The notes below the pieces were generated by a model, which was not told where the DNA came from, did not search any database, and saw only the letters and a program-made list of their open reading frames with translations. Shown in pieces: positions 17,044 to 26,852 of a stretch of 32,000 bases of DNA. This DNA comes from Haloquadratum walsbyi C23 (lineage in GTDB: Archaea > Halobacteriota > Halobacteria > Halobacteriales > Haloferacaceae). How positions within the stretch are numbered: the stretch's first letter is position 1; every line of letters begins with the position of its first letter. The DNA lies in the NCBI RefSeq assembly GCF_000237865.1, contig NC_017459.1:900001-932000 (forward strand), written 5' to 3'. Both the position numbers and the translations under genes were made by a program.

Positions 17044-18423
17044 ATGAGTGACGCTGAATCCCCAAACACAGACTACGAATTTGAACCGACATCACCGAAT
17101 ACTGGCTCTGAATTTGAGCCGGTCGACATATTCCCAGATAGCACTGATTTTGACCTTCGTCCAGGTGCTGATTCGTGTTATAAGTGCTCGATGTGTGATA
17201 CAAGCTGCCCGGTTGCGGAGGTTGACGATGATTTTCCTGGTCCAAAGTTCCAGGGTCCAGAGCAATGGCGACTCAAGCGATCTGATGATGAGCATGAGAT
17301 TGATGACTCGATTATGTCATGCTCGAACTGTATGCGATGCGATGATGCATGCCCCTCCGGTGTGCCGTTAAGTCAAATGCACAATACCGCCCGTGGTGAA
17401 TATGTTGAAAAACAGATGGATAAACTCTCAATTGAGTATATCCGTAACCGAATTCTCGCCAACTACCGAACCTCCGCGCGGATAGCGAGTAAGGTGCCAC
17501 GGATTGCGACCGCCGTGATGAATTTTGGACCGGCTCGATGGGTGATGGAAAAAACTCTCGGTGTCACCAAAGAGCGTGAATTTCCTGCATTCGCCACGCA
17601 AACATTTCGACAGTGGTGGACAGCCCGTGGTGGTGTGACCGTATCTCGCGAAAACGCGCGTGAAGCCCGTGAACGTCGCGGTGAGCCAGTTGATGCTGAT
17701 AAAAAGGTCGCATACTTCCATGGGTGTTATGCGAATTTCAATACACCTGAGGTCGCTAAGGCGCTTGTTCGCGTTTATGAGTACTTTGGATATGAACTCG
17801 TCGTCCCCGAACAACGGTGTTCTGGAACCCCAATGTTCGCGAATGGAATGGTCGAGGACGCGCGTCGCCATGCAGAGGTCACACTCTCATCGATGTCAGA
17901 TCTCATCGAAGAGGGCTATGATGCCATTGCTTCCTGTACATCCTGTTCGATGGCACTTCGTCAGGAATATCCTGAACTATTCGATATCGATGGTGTCGAC
18001 ACTGTCTCACGCAACACCTTTGAGTCGGTCGAATATCTTCGAATTCACGAAAATCTTCGCTCTGAGATTCAATCAGCCGATGTTGACGACGCGATTGAAA
18101 AGGAATTTGCCTATCATGCGCCGTGTCATGCGCGGAATCAAGGTATTAGCCGACAGGCTGTTGAACTCTTTGGTGAGCTTGATGATGTTACAATCGAAGA
18201 TGTGGGTGATTCCTGTTCGGGCATCTCTGGGACATATGGCTGGAAAGAAGAAAAATACGAGACATCGATGGAAATCGGTGAGGAGATGTTCGAACACATG
18301 GAAGCTGTTGATGCAACAACGGGCATGACTGAGTGCCCAACATGCTCCAGTCAGATGGAACATGGAACCGGCTATGATATCCGTCATCCAATAGAACTTC
18401 TCTCAGTCGCGCTTATTCAGTAA
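17044..18423 (+). CDS. glpC: Glycerol-3-phosphate dehydrogenase subunit C (Fe-S / CCG-domain subunit)
   Basis: 459-aa ORF with two ferredoxin-type motifs, 'CYKCSMCDTSCP' and 'CSNCMRCDDACP', followed by two cysteine-rich CCG-type repeats ('HGCY...RCSG', 'HAPCH...CSGISG'). Confidence 0.93.
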   Translation: MSDAESPNTDYEFEPTSPNTGSEFEPVDIFPDSTDFDLRPGADSCYKCSMCDTSCPVAEVDDDFPGPKFQGPEQWRLKRSDDEHEIDDSIMSCSNCMRCDDACPSGVPLSQMHNTARGEYVEKQMDKLSIEYIRNRILANYRTSARIASKVPRIATAVMNFGPARWVMEKTLGVTKEREFPAFATQTFRQWWTARGGVTVSRENAREARERRGEPVDADKKVAYFHGCYANFNTPEVAKALVRVYEYFGYELVVPEQRCSGTPMFANGMVEDARRHAEVTLSSMSDLIEEGYDAIASCTSCSMALRQEYPELFDIDGVDTVSRNTFESVEYLRIHENLRSEIQSADVDDAIEKEFAYHAPCHARNQGISRQAVELFGELDDVTIEDVGDSCSGISGTYGWKEEKYETSMEIGEEMFEHMEAVDATTGMTECPTCSSQMEHGTGYDIRHPIELLSVALIQ

Positions 18424-18475
18424 GCTCAGAAGCGCTGGAACTCTCTTCTTGTAGCTCTGTAGCCTAAGCCACTAA

Positions 18476-19171
18476 TTAATAGATTAGTGAGGAATCATTA
18501 TTTATCATCCATAGCGTACGCGCGCTGATATTCACCGCATGATCAGCAATCCGCTCAATATCTCTGATAGTTAATAGCAGTCGCGTCACATCATCAAGTG
18601 CCTGTTCAATATCCCACGCACTGGATTCAGTATTATTATAATCTTCGCCATCCGCATGCTCGATTAATGTACGTGTCAACACTTCACTCGCATGTAGACA
18701 ACGCGTGTCGATATGATCATCCTCAGCTACGACAGCCTGACACTTTTCCACATTATTATCTTCATATGCACGAAGGCTTTCAGTAAGCATTGACACAGCA
18801 TCATTCCCAATCGAGACGGCGGTAATCTCTGTATCAAATGACTGTCGAGCAGCGAGGCTATATTCTGCTAAATTAACCGCCAAGTCGCCAATTCGTTCTA
18901 AATCATTCACAATTTTGAATGAGGCAACAATCAGCCGAAGGTCTCCTGCCAGTGGCTGTTGTAATGCAAAAAGATCGATACAGTCCTGCTCAATCTCAAG
19001 ACATCGATGATTAATCTTATTATCGGTATCAATGATTGTCTGAGCAGACGATTCATTACCTGTTTCCAGACATGCAAGTGATTTGTTCACCTGAGTAACT
19101 ACCAACTCAGCCATGTCTAGGACTGAATTACGGAGTTCTTCAATTGATTCATTAAATGATTTACGAGTCAT
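18476..19171 (-). CDS. phoU: PhoU-family phosphate-signalling accessory protein
   Basis: 231-aa ORF with two PhoU repeats: 'IDTDNKINHRCLEIEQDCIDLFALQQPLAGDLRLIVASFKIVNDLERIGDLAVNLAE' and a second copy ending 'IRDIERIADHAVNIS'. No pst transporter genes are adjacent. Confidence 0.9.
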   Translation of the reverse strand: MTRKSFNESIEELRNSVLDMAELVVTQVNKSLACLETGNESSAQTIIDTDNKINHRCLEIEQDCIDLFALQQPLAGDLRLIVASFKIVNDLERIGDLAVNLAEYSLAARQSFDTEITAVSIGNDAVSMLTESLRAYEDNNVEKCQAVVAEDDHIDTRCLHASEVLTRTLIEHADGEDYNNTESSAWDIEQALDDVTRLLLTIRDIERIADHAVNISARTLWMINNDSSLIY

Positions 19172-19286
19172 ACCTCTACTCCTCCATATATCTGCTATGA
19201 TCAGCCGGACTTCCTCATAATATAATTTTCGACACAGTGACTTTCTGAACTCTCGGAAATATTGTCTGTATTGTTATATTCAGCAA

Positions 19287-19339
19287 GTACGCCCCAGTGA
19301 GCTCACCCAGGGTCAAGCCCCGGGGCAGTCTTCTTGTAC
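19287..19339 (+). repeat. Divergent third copy of the CAGGGTCAAGCCCCG repeat
   Basis: 'cccagggtcaagccccgggg' (19306-19325) shares the core 'cagggtcaagccccg' with 29880-29894 and resembles 9608-9624. It is flanked by complementary GCCCC (19291-19295) and GGGGC (19322-19326). Confidence 0.4.
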
Positions 19340-19597
19340 CGCTTATCCACTCGACGGGTGCTGTAATAACTTCTCATCACGATATTAGATACTATATGCT
19401 TTGATTAGCGTATGATGCTATATATTGTTTATCAGAATCTGACTAAATCGGTTTATATGATAGGTACATTTAGCTCATGTCTACAAATGTTCATATAGGG
19501 CAATATATAGATTTACATGACATATGAATCCACACATAGTATCATTAAGTAAAATTATATTCTGTTATTATACTCTGTATCAGTGATATGAATATCG

Positions 19598-20413
19598 ATG
19601 GAGCCACCAGCGATTTGCTTCGACCGGTCATTCACCGAGGTATTTGATGATATTATCAACACACTTCTTACTGAGCGTGCTCAGACAGAAGCAGAATATG
19701 ATGCATTTATCGAGTTTGGTGAGCGTATATCAGATCAGCGGTTGACAAGTCCGTCATGTTCTTACGCAGACATCTCGGGACGTGCAATAACAGCACATCA
19801 AGAATATGCACAACCACAAGCCCCCACGCGCTTGAACCTGATTCGATCGGCGTATCAAGATACGGTCATGAATCTTCCATTCTATACTGACGAATATGAC
19901 GATACGTATTTTGAAAGCATCTCTGAAGAGTTTGGTTCTGAGATAGCAACGGCACTCACAACACCTGAGTGCTTTGGACCAACCGCTTTGAATGCTCTAT
20001 TTAATCGTATTGAGACTGCCAAATCGGAACGACAAAATCACATTGATGCATGCGATCGTGAACGTGACTCGATTGAAACGGCAGCTGATCGGTTAATTCC
20101 GATTGATCAAGAGCTATCCACGCTGACGACCGTCAATTTTGACTTACAATCCTTTGGCGCGCTTGATGCCCATCATAACCGTCTGTCAATCCTTACTGAT
20201 CATTGTGAATCAGCAGCGCAAACTCGTCAAGAGACGATTCGCAAACATCGAGAATTTTATACCATTTCACAGGAGGATATGGATGTTACTGCATACTTTT
20301 ATCGAGAATACGATATTACATACCCAGTACTTGCGATGTGCAGTGACCTCACCGCCCGCATAACACGGTTTCGTGAGCGTATCGAACGCACTGTGATATC
20401 CTCTCCAGAGTAA
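19598..20413 (+). CDS. Hypothetical acidic protein, predicted largely helical
   Basis: 271-aa ORF with haloarchaeal acidic composition, no transmembrane segments and no motif I can assign. Confidence 0.65.
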   Translation: MEPPAICFDRSFTEVFDDIINTLLTERAQTEAEYDAFIEFGERISDQRLTSPSCSYADISGRAITAHQEYAQPQAPTRLNLIRSAYQDTVMNLPFYTDEYDDTYFESISEEFGSEIATALTTPECFGPTALNALFNRIETAKSERQNHIDACDRERDSIETAADRLIPIDQELSTLTTVNFDLQSFGALDAHHNRLSILTDHCESAAQTRQETIRKHREFYTISQEDMDVTAYFYREYDITYPVLAMCSDLTARITRFRERIERTVISSPE

Positions 20414-20779
20414 ACGCCGAGGTTCTCCATAATCATATATTTGCTTATTTGATAGATTGACGGTTTCACATCTAGAGAAAGAATATTGACGTTGACACGG
20501 AACTAACCTATCGACTGTTGAGAACATGACGATTCGGGGTTGTCTTGGCTTTCTACACCCTGCTCATCTGGTGGAAGGGTAGCTTCTTTGACATCCTCCT
20601 CCGCGTGTAATGCTCCTGAAAACTTATTGAGGAATTCAATTCAAAATCTTGGCATAGAGTAGCTGCTGATACTGCTGCATAGGACCGATGGTTCAAAATG
20701 TTTCATGAAGTACTAAACGCGGAGGAATATCTTGTCGATGGAATGACTTTTACCTTCGGACATATAGCGTCAAATAATT

Positions 20780-23700
20780 ATGGAATCAAGTCTTCAGTCG
20801 CTACGTCTTGCGACTGTAGCAAGTGATCACGTTATAACCGCTCTGCAGAATTCGATTGACGTACTCAAACAATCAATTGAGATTATCCCGACTTCGGTCG
20901 ATGAGCGACAATATGACGTTCCATCAGACGATTTCTCTCCCGATACAGTCAGCGACAGCAAAGACGATGATATGGGAACAGACACTGAGATAGATCCTCT
21001 CATATCACTCACAGAGGCGTTGTCTCAGACCTCAAACTCAGATTCGAATGATGATACGTCGCTCCAGACTGATTCAGCAACCACTTTTGATTGTTTACTC
21101 ATTTATCGTGGGTTATTGTGTGCTGAGGAGTATGAGACAGTCATTCAGTCCCAACGGGAGCAATACCCTAATCTTCCAATCGTTGCTTTTGGTGATGATT
21201 CATCAACTAAGAGTATCACAGCAGCCCTTGATGCAGGTGCAACGACGTTCTTCCCTCAGGAGCTATGTCTCAATCGTCCAGAACACGTCGTCGCACGTAT
21301 ATTGAATATTGCCACTGATACGTCGACACATACGACACCTCCCGACTCTCCTTACTCGTCAAGCACAGTTGAAACAGCGAACGTATCATTTACACCTTCC
21401 TCACCACAGTCTGTTCAGAGCGCTTCGCATAATGAACTGCATACTGAGGAGATGCATGCCGGGACACAGTCAGTATCGACTCCTGATACAGAATCCGCAG
21501 AGATAGCAGCTCTTGGGTTTGAGCATCTTTGCACGCCCGCTGCTATCATTGATGTGACAACCGGTGATATTGCTACACTCAACCGTGCGTTCGCTGAGTT
21601 GCTTACTCATAATAGCAATATTCAGGATACTGCTGCCTCCAGAGAAAGTTCAATCGACATATCGAAATATTCTGGTCGTGCTATCCGGTCGGTATGGGAC
21701 AGATCAAGTGCTGATGATTTTAATTCGCTTACAGAAACACTCACCAGTGTCGCCGAGTCGAAAACACAGGAGACTGGTGACCTTGCGTTAACCCCAGTAA
21801 GTGATAATGATAAGACACGATGGATTTCTGCGACGTTCTGCCCGATTCAGTCCTCCAATCAGTTCATCGTGCTAACTGGAGAGGACATCACTGAAATAAG
21901 ACAACAATATTCTGACACCGGACACGTCGTTGAAATCTTTGATCAACCAACCACAACACACGACCCAGAAACGGGTGCTGTTCGGAATGTGAATAAATCA
22001 TTTGCTGACATGTTTGGGTATGACGCTGAGATAGGTGGTGATGAATCACTCATTTCAAACCTTGCCGCGTCATCAACAGACGTGCAAACTTCTGTCAGTA
22101 GTGATACTGACTCAGATGGATTCAGTAGTGTCACCCAGACGTCACAGGACCACTCTGATATTCAATCCGCTATTATTCAGGCTGGCAATGAATGGAACCC
22201 AAGTTATCATGAGTGGCAAGTCGAAACCGCAGATGGAACAACGCGATGGCTCTCAACAAATATCTGGCCTGGTCGAGATAATGATGGACGGTGTGTCTAT
22301 ACAGTCTCACGAGATATCACCGCTCGAAAGCGCCAGGAGACTGAGCTTGATAAAATAAAGCGACGATTCCAGTTAGTGACTGAGAATGTCGATGAAATTA
22401 TCTATGTAGTCGATGCAGACTTCTCGGAAATTAAGTACATAAATGATGCATACGAAGACATCTGGGGTCGCAGTGTTGATGCCCTCTATGAGGATACAAC
22501 TGCATTCATTGATGGAATTGATCCTCGCGATCGTGAGACTTTTCGAGCAGATTTCGAGGAGATGCGAAAAGAAATCCGTGCAGGTAATCCTGCAGATAGT
22601 TATGAATTTGAATTTCGCGTTTGTCACCCAGATGGAGATATCAGATGGATTCTTGCGACTGGTTACCCTGTGATAACTGATATTGGTCCAAATCAATATG
22701 TTGGTCTTGCTGAGGATATAACTGAACGACGGCAGCTCGAAGAATCATATCAGACGTTATTTGAAAGCGTTTCAGATGGACTTGTCTTACATGAACCACA
22801 GCGAGGCGACATTCTTGATGTCAATCAGCAGTTTTGTTCAATGTATGACTGTGACCGAGATGAGCTCGAAAACAAGTCACTCAATACTGTCCTTCCAGAT
22901 GATCCCGAGTTCAGGTATGATCGAGCACTAAAACGAATTAAGCAACTTGATATTGGTGAGTCACAGCTATTTGAGTGGCGCGGACAGCGGTCAAATGGAG
23001 AGGTTTTCCCCATTGAGGTACATCTGAGGGCAATTGAAATCAAAGGAAATCGGCGAATCCTTGCAAGCGTCCGAGACATCACTGATCGAAAAGAACGCGA
23101 GGAGCAGATTCGTGAGAGTGAGCGAACGTATCGCGAGATATTCAACAAAGTAAGCGCAGGGATTAGTATTCATGATCCAGAAACAAAAGATATAGTTGAA
23201 GTCAACGATACAATGTGCTCAGCGCTGGGATATGATCGCCAAACACTCATTAACACTGATGAGTGGGTAACTTCCAGTGATGATTCATATACAGCCGAGC
23301 GAGGGGCTGAGATTATCGACCGAGTCATGAACTCTGGGTCCCCTGAAGAATATGAGTGGGTGTTAGAGGATGCTAACGGCAATGAGCGAGTGATGCTTGT
23401 CAAGGGATCCCCAGCAATGATCAACGGTGAATCCCGATTTCTCTCAACGTCTCAAGAGATAACAGAGCGGAAACATCGAGAAACATTGGTGAAAAATCTC
23501 CAGTGTGCTATCGATGATATTCAAGATGCTGACTCACAGGCTGCGATTCATGATGTTGTTGTTAAGACTGTTCGTGAGGCTCTTGAGCTTCCATTGACCA
23601 CATGCTGGGTTCATCCAGCCTCCGAACTGGACTCAGCAATAGATGACTCAGTCGCTGAGGATGCGTTGATATATGCAAGTGGTGACTCCCCTGAAATCAC

Positions 23701-26197
23701 TATCGGTGTTGAGGGTGAGAATGAACGCAATCTCACCTCTGAGAATCCGAGTAAATCAACCAATAGTGTCAATACCGAATTGACACCTGACAGAGCAGAT
23801 AAATCGGAAGCGCAACTACTTGACTCAGAGTCACCTGAATATGGCATCTTCACTGAGGGTGACGCAACGACATACTCACCGGTTAATCATCGCTCCGGGA
23901 ATCCACTCACCACTGCTGTTGCTATTCCAATCGGCGATCATGGACTACTGATTGCAGGTGAACGTGATCGTGAGGAATATGAGTCATACCTTGTCGACGC
24001 TGCACAAGTATTAGCTGGGCATGCAGCAACGGCTCTTAATCGTGTTGAGCGAGCCGCACAAGTTCGTGAGCATGAGAGACGACTGCAAGCTATCATTGAT
24101 CGAATTGATGAAGCAATCTTCTTATCGACACCACAAAGTCTTATAAGTGATAACTCAGAACGGGGGATAATCAGCTCAGGGTATGCTGACATCTGGGGAC
24201 GCTCACTTTCAGAGCTACATGAAGTGCATGAAGAGGGCTTCTTTGGAACACTTCATCCAGACGATTATCGATCACATCGTCGCTGGGTAACACAAATTGT
24301 TGAGGAAATAGAGGATGGCGACTATGCTGACCGGTACAGTCGTGAGTACCGCATACTCCGTCCTGATGGATCAGTTCGTTGGATACACTCAGATTATTAT
24401 CCAACGGAGTGGGATGATAATACATTACGTGTCGTCGTCGTCGGTCGGGATATTACCGCCCGGCGGGAACAGCAAGAGCGAATCGAGTCTTTCCATGATG
24501 CAACAGCGAAACTAACAACTGCAGATAGTGTCAATGATGCAGGTCAGATCGCCGTTGAGGCTGCTGCATCGGCACTTGAGATACCCGCAACGGCTGTTTA
24601 TCATTATAATGATGACACAGGCGCACTTGACCCAATAGCCACCGGTCCTGCTGTTCCCGTTCAGACGGCTGATTCTCTCCAATCTCTCACACCTGCTGAG
24701 TCGCCTGCTTGGAAGACATTTGTTGATGAGACGGTTCAACATATCGAGCCCGAGACAGGTTCGTGTCTCAATGTGGGCACATTTGAGACGGCTGTGATTC
24801 TTCCACTTGGACGCAATGGTGTTCTTGTCGTCTGGCAGTCAACAGATATTGATCTTGATATAGCAAGTATTCTTGCAGCGACACTCGAAGCAGCACTCAA
24901 TAGACTTCGTGGTGAACAGCGACTTGAATCACAGCAGGCAGCATTGACCAAACAAACCGAGCGAGCCAGTCGACTTGAGTCAATAGCTAAGTTGACACAG
25001 CGTGTCGAGGCAGCAATTACTACACAATCATCACGAGCAGACACCCATGAGGCGGTTTGTGACGAACTTGTTGACGTTGAACCATTCAATGGCGCTTGGG
25101 TTTCGACAGCACCAGTCGGAACCAATCAGCTCACTGTCCAGACAACAGCAGGGATCGATACCGACACAGTTGAACGATATTTATATGCTGAAGAGGAGCT
25201 ATCAGACGCTGATAGCAGCGATAGTAATGCTCAAAATAGCCTCATAGCTGAGAGTCATCCAACGGTCGAGGCATGGCAGACAAACTCATATGTAGCAATC
25301 AGTGGGCTTGTTGAGACCGGTCGACAACAAGCCTGGCGGCGAGTTCTTCTTCGAGAGGGTATCGGTGCAATCTGCGCAGTCCCAATTTCGTATGAAGGCA
25401 TTACATATGGTGTTCTTACAGTCGTAGCCACCGGTGCTGATGCCTTCAATGACCGAACGGTTGACGTTCTTTCACAACTTGGTACCTCAGTGGGGTATGC
25501 GATTACCGCACTTGAACGCCAGCGCGCGCTTGAATCTGATGAGACAATTGAATTAGAATTCCGTGGTCATAAAATGGCTGTTCCGTTTGCTCGCGTTGCC
25601 ACACAAACTGATGGGCGTGTTCGTCATGATCGAACAGTAAGGCGTCAGGATGGATCTGTCAGCGTATATTATACACTATTCAACGATACTCCATCAACGC
25701 TTATTCAAACCGCCGAAAATACACTTCCTGGTGACATAGATATCGTTGCAAAAAGGGAGAGCGCAATCATCATCGAGCGAAAAGGCTCATCATGGTTTGG
25801 GTCTCTTATATCCGAGTGCGGTGGCATTCTTCGGCAATGCCGTGCTGATGGATCAGAAACAACCCTCATTATTGAACTTCCACAAGAAGCGAATACACGA
25901 ACAATCGTTGAGCGGATGATAGAAGCGTTCCCTAGACTTGAACTCACAGCACAGCGCCAGCATCATGAGACAAATTCAACACCAGAAGAGATTCGCGGTC
26001 AACTTGAACAACAACTCACAGACAGACAACTTGAGGCAATTGAAACCGCTCATACAATGGGATACTTCGATTGGCCGCGTGAAAGTAGCGGTGAAGAAGT
26101 CGCTGCAACACTTGGTATTACTCAGCCAACGGTGAATAAGCACATTCGACTTGGAGAGCATGGTATTTTCGAGTTGTTATTCGGGAATTTGTCGTAA
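20780..26197 (+). CDS. Giant Bat-type (HTH_10) transcription regulator with multiple PAS and GAF domains
   Basis: 1805-aa uninterrupted ORF. The C-terminus 'LTDRQLEAIETAHTMGYFDWPRESSGEEVAATLGITQPTVNKHIRLGEHGIFELLF' is the HTH_10 motif of bacterio-opsin-activator-like proteins, preceded by a BAT-like segment. About six PAS modules are marked by recurring ends 'SRDITARKRQE', 'AEDITERRQLEE', 'VRDITDRKEREE', 'SQEITERKHRE', 'GRDITARREQQE'. About three GAF-like modules are seen (e.g. 'AIPIGDHGLLIAGE', 'VILPLGRNGVLVVWQ', 'AVPISYEGITYGVLTVVA'). A receiver-like segment runs 'FDCLLIY...LPIVAFGDDSS...ALDAGATTFFPQE' from about aa 103 to 180. Confidence 0.9.
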   Translation: MESSLQSLRLATVASDHVITALQNSIDVLKQSIEIIPTSVDERQYDVPSDDFSPDTVSDSKDDDMGTDTEIDPLISLTEALSQTSNSDSNDDTSLQTDSATTFDCLLIYRGLLCAEEYETVIQSQREQYPNLPIVAFGDDSSTKSITAALDAGATTFFPQELCLNRPEHVVARILNIATDTSTHTTPPDSPYSSSTVETANVSFTPSSPQSVQSASHNELHTEEMHAGTQSVSTPDTESAEIAALGFEHLCTPAAIIDVTTGDIATLNRAFAELLTHNSNIQDTAASRESSIDISKYSGRAIRSVWDRSSADDFNSLTETLTSVAESKTQETGDLALTPVSDNDKTRWISATFCPIQSSNQFIVLTGEDITEIRQQYSDTGHVVEIFDQPTTTHDPETGAVRNVNKSFADMFGYDAEIGGDESLISNLAASSTDVQTSVSSDTDSDGFSSVTQTSQDHSDIQSAIIQAGNEWNPSYHEWQVETADGTTRWLSTNIWPGRDNDGRCVYTVSRDITARKRQETELDKIKRRFQLVTENVDEIIYVVDADFSEIKYINDAYEDIWGRSVDALYEDTTAFIDGIDPRDRETFRADFEEMRKEIRAGNPADSYEFEFRVCHPDGDIRWILATGYPVITDIGPNQYVGLAEDITERRQLEESYQTLFESVSDGLVLHEPQRGDILDVNQQFCSMYDCDRDELENKSLNTVLPDDPEFRYDRALKRIKQLDIGESQLFEWRGQRSNGEVFPIEVHLRAIEIKGNRRILASVRDITDRKEREEQIRESERTYREIFNKVSAGISIHDPETKDIVEVNDTMCSALGYDRQTLINTDEWVTSSDDSYTAERGAEIIDRVMNSGSPEEYEWVLEDANGNERVMLVKGSPAMINGESRFLSTSQEITERKHRETLVKNLQCAIDDIQDADSQAAIHDVVVKTVREALELPLTTCWVHPASELDSAIDDSVAEDALIYASGDSPEITIGVEGENERNLTSENPSKSTNSVNTELTPDRADKSEAQLLDSESPEYGIFTEGDATTYSPVNHRSGNPLTTAVAIPIGDHGLLIAGERDREEYESYLVDAAQVLAGHAATALNRVERAAQVREHERRLQAIIDRIDEAIFLSTPQSLISDNSERGIISSGYADIWGRSLSELHEVHEEGFFGTLHPDDYRSHRRWVTQIVEEIEDGDYADRYSREYRILRPDGSVRWIHSDYYPTEWDDNTLRVVVVGRDITARREQQERIESFHDATAKLTTADSVNDAGQIAVEAAASALEIPATAVYHYNDDTGALDPIATGPAVPVQTADSLQSLTPAESPAWKTFVDETVQHIEPETGSCLNVGTFETAVILPLGRNGVLVVWQSTDIDLDIASILAATLEAALNRLRGEQRLESQQAALTKQTERASRLESIAKLTQRVEAAITTQSSRADTHEAVCDELVDVEPFNGAWVSTAPVGTNQLTVQTTAGIDTDTVERYLYAEEELSDADSSDSNAQNSLIAESHPTVEAWQTNSYVAISGLVETGRQQAWRRVLLREGIGAICAVPISYEGITYGVLTVVATGADAFNDRTVDVLSQLGTSVGYAITALERQRALESDETIELEFRGHKMAVPFARVATQTDGRVRHDRTVRRQDGSVSVYYTLFNDTPSTLIQTAENTLPGDIDIVAKRESAIIIERKGSSWFGSLISECGGILRQCRADGSETTLIIELPQEANTRTIVERMIEAFPRLELTAQRQHHETNSTPEEIRGQLEQQLTDRQLEAIETAHTMGYFDWPRESSGEEVAATLGITQPTVNKHIRLGEHGIFELLFGNLS

Positions 26198-26852
26198 TCA
26201 CCCTGATTGAGCCGATTGTAGCAATAATCCATGCTTGAACCATCATACCATACTCACCGACTGATATCTCTTTGTTGAGTTTGATAGATCCGAAACGATA
26301 TGCATGGATGTCGTTGCCGTGTAGTTTGAACTATGGCTCTTACCGAAGATAGTGAAACAGCGGCATCTGTCTCAAATCTGGGAGATTGAGCTGTGCAAGA
26401 TACAGAGGTTAAATTCAACAGATGCAACGAATCGATTTTGACTGATGTAGACCACGATTCTCGCATTGTAAAAGAGGCAGTAAAATATATTATCGACGCT
26501 GTAAACACCTGAATTATGTCTGATTGGTCTCTCCGTGACACGATAGGAATCTTAATTATGCTTGGAATCACCCTCTCAGCTGCGAGAACTGTGGACGGAA
26601 TCGCACAGGCACTTATTATTTGGTAGGCGTTGTTATCGCTCTGCTCTGGATCGGCAATTTCGTTCTTCATGGGTATAACGACGCGCTACAATCATCATCA
26701 ACTGACTGATTGCCCTTCTGTAGATAGTGTAGGCACTGTGCTGCACTCGCGCCCTCCATCTTGCACGCTAGCCAGTAACAATATCGCTGATCTAGTTGAT
26801 GTTTCGCTCAGTTAGGCAAGAGCGTGAACTATTATGATATTTTCACACCAGC

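Noticed and set aside
17660-18328. 222-aa alternative-frame ORF inside glpC. Similar long overlapping ORFs occur elsewhere: 11829..12284, 12022..12498, 27903..28400, 24736..25125, 17428..17871 and 7399..7743.
   Set aside because: All lie within or antisense to genes with strong family signatures. They have basic or Ser/Arg/His-rich, non-halophilic compositions typical of off-frame translation.
26254-26670. 138-aa minus-strand ORF as a protein-coding gene.
   Set aside because: It has a basic, low-complexity C-terminus and a composition unlike the acidic proteome of the rest of the window. It has no recognisable motif. I treat the region as gene-poor or uncertain rather than annotating a CDS.
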